32,000 nt of DNA from Rhodobacter capsulatus SB 1003 (GTDB lineage: Bacteria; Pseudomonadota; Alphaproteobacteria; Rhodobacterales; Rhodobacteraceae), in contig NC_014034.1 in the NCBI RefSeq assembly GCF_000021865.1, forward strand, positions 480,001 to 512,000. The letters run 5' to 3'. The translations under genes and the position numbers were made by a program. The notes beneath the pieces were generated by a model. It was not told the origin of the DNA. It searched no databases and saw only the letters and a list, made by a program, of their open reading frames with translations. This document shows positions 26,666 to 32,000 of the stretch, in pieces (the first letter of the stretch is position 1; the number at the start of each line of letters is the position of its first letter).

Positions 26666-27099
26666 TGCGCGCCCCCTTTCGGACGTTCGACGGTAAAGGC
26701 GCCGGTGGCCGAGGCGACGGGCAGGCCCGCTTCCTCGTCATGGGCGGTGGCGCGCAGGAAGGCCACGGTGCGGGTGATGTGATAGACCTCGGCCCGGGCG
26801 GTGATGCGCTGGCGCGGCGTTGCGGTGCGCATGTAGTCGATGCGCAGGTCGATGGTGGCGGTGCCCGCGGGGGCCTCCGGGTGGCTCATCACCGCGGCGC
26901 CGCAGCAGGTGTCCAAAAGCGCCGAGACCGCGCCGCCGTGAATGACCCCGGTGCGCGGATCGCCCACCAGATCCTCGCGCCAGTCCATCGAGAGTTCCGC
27001 CGCGCCGCCGCCGATCGCGTCCAGCCGCATCCCCAGGGCGCGGGCATGCGGGATCGCCTCGATGAACATCCGTGCCTGTTTCAGCTTTGCCTCGTCCAT
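26662..27099 (-). CDS. PaaI-type hotdog-fold thioesterase (first of a tandem pair)
   Basis: Start at MDEAKLKQARMFIEAIPHARALGM (ATG 27099, GGAGGGG Shine-Dalgarno). Also GVIHGGAVSALLDTCCGAAV...IDLRIDYMR. Confidence 0.8.
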   Translation of the reverse strand: MDEAKLKQARMFIEAIPHARALGMRLDAIGGGAAELSMDWREDLVGDPRTGVIHGGAVSALLDTCCGAAVMSHPEAPAGTATIDLRIDYMRTATPRQRITARAEVYHITRTVAFLRATAHDEEAGLPVASATGAFTVERPKGGAQ

Positions 27100-27167
27100 G
27101 TCCCCTCCGGTTTTGGCCACGATGCCGTGACGTTGCGACCAAGGCAAGCCACACGCGGCGCGAGAGA

Positions 27168-27186
27168 GGTTGATGCTGCGTCAACC
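27168..27186. promoter_or_regulatory. 19-bp palindrome in the thioesterase/MerR divergent spacer (candidate MerR-type operator)
   Basis: GGTTGATGC-T-GCGTCAACC, with 8 of 9 arm positions complementary, 35 nt upstream of ATG 27221. A weaker related site, GTGACGT-T-GCGACCA, lies at 27127-27141. Confidence 0.35.
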
Positions 27187-27220
27187 GCGCGTTAGCTTCG
27201 CCCCGGAGGGGGAGCAAGCC

Positions 27221-27589
27221 ATGGCAGAGGTGCTGAGCTTCAAGGAAATGTGCGCGCGGTTCGACGTCACGCCGCGGACGCTGCGCTATTACGAATATAT
27301 CGAACTGCTCTCGCCGCAAAAGGAGGGCAGGGCGCGGTTTTATGGCCCGCGCGAGGTGGCGCGGATGACGCTGATCCTGCGCGGCCGTCGCTTCGGCTTC
27401 AGTCTGGAAGAGCTGCGGCAGTGGCTCTTGATCTACGACCATCAGGGCACCGAGGCGCAGAATCGCGCCTGGATCGCGCTGGCCGACCGGCAGCTGGGCG
27501 TGCTGGGCAAGCAGCTGGAGGAGCTGCAGGCGGCGGTCACCGACCTGCGGGCGCTGCGCGACGATGTCGCCCGCATCCTGACCGACTGA
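27221..27589 (+). CDS. MerR-family transcriptional regulator (paralogue 1)
   Basis: Start at MAEVLSFKEM, with a GGAGGGGGAG Shine-Dalgarno. HTH MCARFDVTPRTLRYYEYIELL. RGRRFGFSLEELRQWL, followed by a C-terminal coiled coil. Confidence 0.85.
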   Translation: MAEVLSFKEMCARFDVTPRTLRYYEYIELLSPQKEGRARFYGPREVARMTLILRGRRFGFSLEELRQWLLIYDHQGTEAQNRAWIALADRQLGVLGKQLEELQAAVTDLRALRDDVARILTD

Positions 27590-27599
27590 GCCACGAATC

Positions 27600-27620
27600 G
27601 GCCCCCGCGCGGGGCCTTTT
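27600..27620 (+). terminator. intrinsic terminator after MerR paralogue 1
   Basis: GGCCCC (27600-27605), loop CGCGC, GGGGCC (27611-27616), then TTTT (27617-27620). A second hairpin, CCCCGC/GCGGGG, follows at 27641-27657. Confidence 0.6.
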
Positions 27621-27689
27621 CCCCATCCGGCGATCGCTTTCCCCGCCCTTTGCGGGGGTCGGAATTTCGATTTTCCCGGGCTTTTCCGT

Positions 27690-27797
27690 CTGACATTACG
27701 TCAAGGTCACCGTGACGCGACGTTACAGTGACGCGAACGTCAACCAAACTTGTAATGTGGTGGTGCAAGCTTGAACTGCCGCCTTACGTTACGCAAA
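27690..27797. promoter_or_regulatory. array of four TGACG-N-CGTCA-type inverted repeats plus a candidate promoter upstream of MerR paralogue 2 / ACAD
   Basis: CTGACAT-T-ACGTCAA (27690-27704), GTGACGC-G-ACGTTAC (27712-27726), GTGACGC-GA-ACGTCAA (27728-27743) and CTTACGT-T-ACGCAAA (27783-27797). There is also GTCAC-C-GTGAC at 27706-27716. A possible -35 GTGACG (27728-27733), 17-nt spacer and -10 TGTAAT (27751-27756). Confidence 0.35.
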
Positions 27798-27817
27798 GGG
27801 ACAAAGGGGGCGGCAGG

Positions 27818-28201
27818 ATGAGTGACGACATGATGACGATCCGCGAGATGTGCGATGCGTTCGAGGTGACGCCCCGCACCTTGCGGTTCTACGAGGCGAA
27901 GGAGCTGCTGTTTCCGCTGCGCGAGGGGCAGAAGCGGCTGTTCACCCGGCGCGACCGGGCGCGGCTGAAACTGATCCTGCGCGGCAAGCGCTTCGGCTTC
28001 AGCCTCGAGGATATTCGTCAGCTGCTGGACCTTTATGACATGGGGGACCAGCAGAAGACGCAGATGGCCGAGACGCTGAAACTGGCGCGTCAGCGGCTGA
28101 GGGAGATGGAGCGTCAGCGCGACGAACTTGATCAGGCGATCGGGGAGTTGGCGGCGCAGATCGCCTGGGGCGAGGAGAGGTTTGCCGGCATGGCCGAGTG
28201 A
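27818..28201 (+). CDS. MerR-family transcriptional regulator (paralogue 2, LiuR-like)
   Basis: Start at MSDDMMTIREM (ATG 27818, preceded by AGGGGGCGGCAGG). HTH MCDAFEVTPRTLRFYEAKELL. RGKRFGFSLEDIRQLL. The ACAD gene follows 36 nt downstream. Confidence 0.85.
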   Translation: MSDDMMTIREMCDAFEVTPRTLRFYEAKELLFPLREGQKRLFTRRDRARLKLILRGKRFGFSLEDIRQLLDLYDMGDQQKTQMAETLKLARQRLREMERQRDELDQAIGELAAQIAWGEERFAGMAE

Positions 28202-28237
28202 TCCCCGCCCCCGGCAGACCGGACAAGGGAGAGGACC

Positions 28238-30013
28238 ATGCCGAACTATACCGCAAACACCCGCGACATGCAGTTTGTCCTGCACGAGCTGCTGAAGATC
28301 TCCGGGCAGGATGTGCCCGGCTATGCCGATCTGGAACGCGAGTTCACCGAGGCCGTGCTGGATGCGGCGGGCAAGGTCGCCTCGGAGGTGCTGGCGCCGC
28401 TGAATGCGGTGGGCGACACGCAGGGCTGCAAGCTTGAAAACGGCGCCGTGCGCGTGCCTGCTGGGTTCGATGCGGCCTTTGCCGCGATGAAGGAGGGCGG
28501 CTGGACGGCGCTCGACTGCAACCCCGAGTACGGCGGGCAGGGCATGCCCTATGTGATCAACTGCGCTGTGGGCGAGATGTTCGTTTCCGCCAACATGGCC
28601 TTCAACATGTATCAGGGCCTGACGCATGGCGCGGTGTCCGCGATCGAGGCGCATGGCACGGATGCGCAGAAGGCGACCTATCTGCCGAAGATGGTGGCCT
28701 GCGACTGGACCGGCACGATGAACCTGACCGAGCCGCATTGCGGCACCGATCTGGGCCTTCTGCGCACCAAGGCCGAGCCGCAGGCGGATGGCAGCTACAA
28801 GATCACCGGCACGAAGATCTTCATCTCGGCGGGCGATCACGATCTGGCCGAGAACATCATCCATCTGGTCCTGGCCAAGGCGCCGGGCGGCGGCGAGGGG
28901 ACGAAGGGGATTTCGCTCTTCATCGTGCCGAAATTCCTGGTGAATGCCGATGGCTCTTTGGGCGCCCGCAATGCGGTGAGCGTCGGCAAGGTCGAGCACA
29001 AGATGGGCATTCACGGCTCGGCCACCTGCGTGATGAATTACGACGGCGCGACGGGCTATCTGCTTGGCGATCTGCACAAGGGCATGCGGGCGATGTTCAC
29101 GATGATGAACGAGGCGCGGCTGGGCGTGGGGCTGCAGGGCTATGCGGTGGCCGAAGCCGCCTATCAGGCGGCGCTCGCCTATGCCAAGGACCGCCTGCAA
29201 GGCCGCGCCGTGACCGGCGTCGCCAATCCCGCCGGCCCGGCCGATCCCTTGATCGTGCATCCCGACATCCGCCGCGCGCTGATGGATCAGAAGAGCTTCC
29301 TTGAAGGCGCGCGGGCCTTCACCTTCTGGGGCGCGACGCTGATCGACCGCGCGCATGGGTTGCAGGATGCCGAGGCCGAGGGGCTGATCTCGCTGATGAC
29401 GCCGGTGATCAAGGGCTTTTTGACCGACAAGGGCTTCGAGGCCTGCGTGCAGGCGCAGCAGGTCTGGGGCGGGCATGGCTATATCGAGGAACAGGGCATG
29501 AGCCAGTTCGTCCGCGATGCCCGGATCACCATGATCTACGAGGGCGCGAACGGCGTGCAGGCGCTGGACCTTGTCGGGCGCAAGCTGGCGGCCGAGGGCG
29601 GCAAGCCGCTGATGGGCTTCTTCGAGATGGTCAAGGCCGAGTGCAAGGCGCATGACGGCGACGAGCGGATGAAGCCTTTCACCGATGCGCTGAAGGTGGC
29701 CTCGAAACAGATGCAGGCGGCGGGGATGTTCTTCCTGCAGAATGCTGCGAAGAACCCGGATGCGGCGCTGTCGGGCAGCTATGACTTCATGCATCTGATG
29801 GGGCATGTCTGCCTGGGCCTGATGTGGACGCGGATGGCGGCGGCGGCGCATGCGGCGCTGGACGGCGGCGCCTCGGACCGGGCCTTCTACGAGGCGAAGA
29901 TCACCACCGGGCGCTATTACATGGCCCGCCACCTGCCTGCCTGCGGGCTGCATCTGGCGCGGATCGAAAGCGGGTCCGAGGGGGTGATGGGGCTCTCGGC
30001 CGATCAGTTCTGA
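28238..30013 (+). CDS. long (about 590 aa) acyl-CoA dehydrogenase with N- and C-terminal extension domains (the class that includes DmdC/FadE-like enzymes)
   Basis: [19 protein letters not shown] is the N-terminal extension. [21 protein letters not shown] and [16 protein letters not shown] are ACAD core motifs. GGGAGAGG Shine-Dalgarno upstream. Confidence 0.9.
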   Translation: MPNYTANTRDMQFVLHELLKISGQDVPGYADLEREFTEAVLDAAGKVASEVLAPLNAVGDTQGCKLENGAVRVPAGFDAAFAAMKEGGWTALDCNPEYGGQGMPYVINCAVGEMFVSANMAFNMYQGLTHGAVSAIEAHGTDAQKATYLPKMVACDWTGTMNLTEPHCGTDLGLLRTKAEPQADGSYKITGTKIFISAGDHDLAENIIHLVLAKAPGGGEGTKGISLFIVPKFLVNADGSLGARNAVSVGKVEHKMGIHGSATCVMNYDGATGYLLGDLHKGMRAMFTMMNEARLGVGLQGYAVAEAAYQAALAYAKDRLQGRAVTGVANPAGPADPLIVHPDIRRALMDQKSFLEGARAFTFWGATLIDRAHGLQDAEAEGLISLMTPVIKGFLTDKGFEACVQAQQVWGGHGYIEEQGMSQFVRDARITMIYEGANGVQALDLVGRKLAAEGGKPLMGFFEMVKAECKAHDGDERMKPFTDALKVASKQMQAAGMFFLQNAAKNPDAALSGSYDFMHLMGHVCLGLMWTRMAAAAHAALDGGASDRAFYEAKITTGRYYMARHLPACGLHLARIESGSEGVMGLSADQF

Positions 30014-30026
30014 GCGGCAGGGGATT

Positions 30027-30113
30027 TCGCCCCGGGCTTGCGCCCGGGGCGACCCGCCGGGGGCTCCGCCCCCGGACCCCCTGACTTCAGATGCGTATTT
30101 GAGCCAAGAAAAA
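30027..30113. repeat. hairpin pile-up after the ACAD gene: an 11-bp hairpin, the shared GC module and copy C of the TATTTG..CAAGA core
   Basis: TCGCCCCGGGC-TTGC-GCCCGGGGCGA (30027-30052). GGGGGCTCCGCCCCCGGACCCCC (30059-30081) matches the 24739 module at 21/23. GCGTATTTGAGCCAAGAAAAA (30093-30113) has only a decayed right arm. Confidence 0.7.
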
Positions 30114-30145
30114 GCCGACAGGCGCTTTTGAGGTTCGGAAATTGA

Positions 30146-30179
30146 AAAGGGGCCCTGCCGTCACCGGAAGGGCCCCTTT
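30146..30179. terminator. bidirectional intrinsic terminator between the ACAD gene and the DUF1013 gene
   Basis: AAAGGGGCCCT (30146-30156), a 12-nt loop, then AGGGCCCCTTT (30169-30179). The A/T runs flanking the GC stem give a U-tract on both strands, better on the minus strand (…CCCCTTTTCAATTTCC). Confidence 0.6.
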
Positions 30180-30199
30180 CCTTGGAAACGGCGCGGCGC

Positions 30200-31036
30200 T
30201 CAGCGGCGCGGATCGTCGCTCTCGTCTTCGTCCTCGTCGTCGTCGCCATGCGGCAGGTTGAAGAAGCTGTCGGCATCCGAGAAGTCTTTCGGATCCTCGG
30301 CCTCTTCCTCGCGCGGGTCGAGGCCGAAGCCCTCGATCCCGGTGCCGGGCAGGCGCGGCTCGGTGGTCATGCCGAGGCTCTGTTCGGTCGAGACCAGCTT
30401 GCGGCGCTCGTCATCGCTCATCACGCCTTCGGCAGCGCGTTTCTTCGCGGCTTTCTGCACTTCGCTGTCGAGTTCGGACTGACGGCACAGGCCCAGCGCC
30501 ACCGGGTCGATTGCGGTCATCGAGCCGATGTTCCAATGCGTGCGTTCGCGGATCGAGGCGATCGTCGGTTTCGTCGTGCCCACCAGACGGGCGATCTGCG
30601 CATCGGCGAGTTCCGGGTGGAACTTGACCAGCCACAGGATCGCATTCGGCCGGTCCTGGCGTTTCGAGAGCGGCGTGTAGCGCGGGCCGCGGCGCTTGTC
30701 CTCGCCCACGGCGGCGGCGTTGAATTTCAGCCGCAGCTTGTAAAGCGGGTCCTTCTCGCCCTTCTCGATCTCGCGCGGGTCAAGCTGGTTCGAGCCGACC
30801 GGATCAAAGCCCTTGACGCCAACCGCCACGTCGCCGTCGGCAATCCCCTGCACCTCGAGTTCATGCATGCCGCAGAAATCGGCGATCTGTTTGAAGGTCA
30901 GGGTCGTATTGTCCACGAGCCAAACGGCGGTGGCTTCGCCATCAGGGGCTTGTTCGTCATCGGAGCGATCCTTTACACATATCTCTCCCGGGCCGAGAAA
31001 CCGGCTGCGGCCCGGTTCCCCCCGGCCGCGGTCCAT
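30200..31036 (-). CDS. DUF1013 / TrcR-like protein with an acidic C-terminal tail; the 5' end is problematic (see findings)
   Basis: ATAVWLVDNTTLTFKQIADFCGMHELEVQGIADGDVAVGVKGFDP... is the conserved DUF1013 core. Tail DDDEDEDESDD. The coordinates are the longest ORF. ATG 31036 has no Shine-Dalgarno, whereas the out-of-frame ATG 30960 has one. Confidence 0.8.
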   Translation of the reverse strand: MDRGRGEPGRSRFLGPGEICVKDRSDDEQAPDGEATAVWLVDNTTLTFKQIADFCGMHELEVQGIADGDVAVGVKGFDPVGSNQLDPREIEKGEKDPLYKLRLKFNAAAVGEDKRRGPRYTPLSKRQDRPNAILWLVKFHPELADAQIARLVGTTKPTIASIRERTHWNIGSMTAIDPVALGLCRQSELDSEVQKAAKKRAAEGVMSDDERRKLVSTEQSLGMTTEPRLPGTGIEGFGLDPREEEAEDPKDFSDADSFFNLPHGDDDEDEDESDDPRR

Positions 31037-31093
31037 TTCTGGTGGGGAATTGCCGGTTTATATAGGGCCGAATGGCTGCGGAGGAAAGAGAAA

Positions 31094-31729
31094 ATGCGCG
31101 TTTTCGCCATTTGTGCCGCCTGTCTGCTGGCCTGTCCGGCCTTTGCCGGGGGCGAGCGGGCGGGGCGGTTCGATTATTACCTCCTGGCGCTGAGCTGGTC
31201 GCCCGGCTGGTGCGCGACCGAGGGCAGGGACCGGGCGGCGCGGCAATGCGATCCGGGCAGCGGCGCCGGTTTCGTCCTGCACGGGCTCTGGCCGCAGTTC
31301 GAGGCGGGCTGGCCGCGCGACTGTCGCAGTTCCCTGCGCGATCCCTCGCGCGCGGAGACGGCGGCGATGGCGGATGTCATGGGGTCGGATGGTGCGGCCT
31401 GGCATCAGTGGAAGAAGCACGGCCGCTGTTCCGGGCTTTCGGCCGCGGAGTATTTCACGACGGCGCGGCAGGCCTATGCGAGCGTCGCCATTCCCGTTGC
31501 GTTTCAGCAGCTTGCGCAGGATGTCCGGCTGTCGGCCGCCGCCGTCGAACAGGCGTTTCTGACCGCCAATCCGCGGCTTTCGCCCGAGATGGTGACGGTG
31601 ACCTGCACGGGCGAGCGGATCGATGACGTCCGAATCTGCCTGACGAAGGATCTGGAGCCGCGGCCTTGCGGGGCGGATGTGCGGCGCGATTGCCGCAAGC
31701 AAGATGCGCTGATGGAGCGCGTGCGATAG
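31094..31729 (+). CDS. ribonuclease T2 family protein (secreted/periplasmic)
   Basis: Signal peptide MRVFAICAACLLACPAFA. CAS I FVLHGLWP and CAS II WHQWKKHGRC, with multiple Cys. GGAGGAAAGAG Shine-Dalgarno before ATG 31094. Confidence 0.85.
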   Translation: MRVFAICAACLLACPAFAGGERAGRFDYYLLALSWSPGWCATEGRDRAARQCDPGSGAGFVLHGLWPQFEAGWPRDCRSSLRDPSRAETAAMADVMGSDGAAWHQWKKHGRCSGLSAAEYFTTARQAYASVAIPVAFQQLAQDVRLSAAAVEQAFLTANPRLSPEMVTVTCTGERIDDVRICLTKDLEPRPCGADVRRDCRKQDALMERVR

Positions 31730-31730
31730 G

Positions 31731-31800
31731 CGCCGGAAAGGGCGTATTTGGGCCAAGAAGAAACGGCAGGGTTTTCCCGGGCCAATCGCCCTTTCCGGCG
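31731..31800. repeat. 70-nt nested hairpin, copy D of the GCGTATTTG..CAAGAA family
   Basis: The perfect 14-bp outer stem CGCCGGAAAGGGCG (31731-31744) / CGCCCTTTCCGGCG (31787-31800) encloses GCGTATTTGGGCCAAGAAGAAAC and an imperfect partner. It lies between the convergent RNase T2 and oxidoreductase stop codons. Confidence 0.7.
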
Positions 31801-31807
31801 GGCGTTC

Positions 31808-32000
31808 TCAGGACAGGCGCAGCACGATCTTGCCGATATGGGCGCTGGTTTCCATCCGCGCATGGGCGGCGGCGGCCTCTTCCAGCGCGAAGCTGCTGTC
31901 GTGAATCACCTTCACCTGGCCCGCTTCGATCATCGGCCAGACCCGGGCGCGCAACTGCCTTGCGATCTCGGCCTTGGCGATGTCCGATTGCGGGCGCAGC
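31808..32000 (-). CDS. NAD(P)H:quinone oxidoreductase / zinc-type ADH-family protein, C-terminal fragment (5' end lies outside the window)
   Basis: The reverse frame reads ...IARQLRARVWPMIEAGQVKVIHDSSFALEEAAAAHARMETSAHIGKIVLRLS and stops at TCA 31808-31810. This is a typical Qor C-terminus. Confidence 0.75.
   Translation of the reverse strand, partial: LRPQSDIAKAEIARQLRARVWPMIEAGQVKVIHDSSFALEEAAAAHARMETSAHIGKIVLRLS

Noticed and set aside
27740-29953. A 737-aa minus-strand ORF opposite MerR paralogue 2 and the acyl-CoA dehydrogenase.
   Set aside because: A shadow ORF. The plus-strand products carry clear MerR HTH and ACAD motifs, while the minus-strand translation is Arg/Leu/Gly/His-rich with nothing recognisable.
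1-32000. A search for CRISPR arrays, tRNA/rRNA genes, IS elements, integrases, phage genes, toxin-antitoxin pairs or a recognisable defence island.
   Set aside because: None was seen. Spacers between genes are short and are accounted for by hairpins or promoters. No transposase, integrase or recombinase motifs appear in any frame, and composition looks uniform apart from small AT-rich control regions. The window reads as conserved core chromosome.

Overview
This is a visibly GC-rich window (roughly two-thirds G+C by eye, not computed) with about 34 densely packed protein genes. It looks like core chromosome of an alphaproteobacterium, probably Rhodobacterales-like; that placement is inferred from gene content such as the glnD-murJ coupling, a DUF1013/TrcR-like gene, a SPOR protein and rpoH. 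In order, the genes are: deoB (3' end), upp, a SPOR protein, an unknown single-pass membrane protein, an EamA/DMT transporter plus sulfotransferase, and an amino-acid ABC binding protein plus permease. A long minus-strand string follows: rpoH, chaN-like, coaBC, dut and a ThiF/MoeB-like gene. Next come a GST, comM/yifB, the string rsmI-yraN-gshB-esterase, an LpoA-like lipoprotein, glnD-murJ, a rhomboid-like gene and trpS. The window ends with a divergent module (PaaI thioesterase, PaaI thioesterase, MATE <> MerR | MerR, long acyl-CoA dehydrogenase), a DUF1013/TrcR-like gene, RNase T2 and the 3' end of a quinone oxidoreductase. I found no rRNA, tRNA, CRISPR array, transposase, integrase or recognisable defence island, and many gene junctions are ATGA-type overlaps. 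Several things are not explained by routine annotation. (1) A dispersed family of long imperfect palindromes with a conserved AT-rich core, GCGTATTTG-NNS-CAAGAA, sits at four 3' intergenic sites, and two copies are preceded by a shared 23-nt GC module. (2) Six copies of a TGACG-N-CGTCA-type operator lie in the two control regions of the thioesterase/MATE/MerR/MerR/ACAD cluster. This is my best candidate for an uncharacterised functional system, at moderate confidence only. (3) The DUF1013 gene has an apparent 1-nt frameshift nine codons into its family-typical 5' end. (4) The rhomboid homologue appears to lack the Ser/His catalytic dyad. (5) The E1-like ThiF/MoeB enzyme is fused to three N-terminal transmembrane helices. 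(6) rpoH is translationally coupled to a periplasmic ChaN/Tiki-fold gene. (7) There are several small sequence oddities: a tandem 15-bp repeat that carries the stop codon, abutting and overlapping convergent gene ends, and phased repeats upstream of rpoH. All family assignments are by-eye motif recognition and no database search was run.
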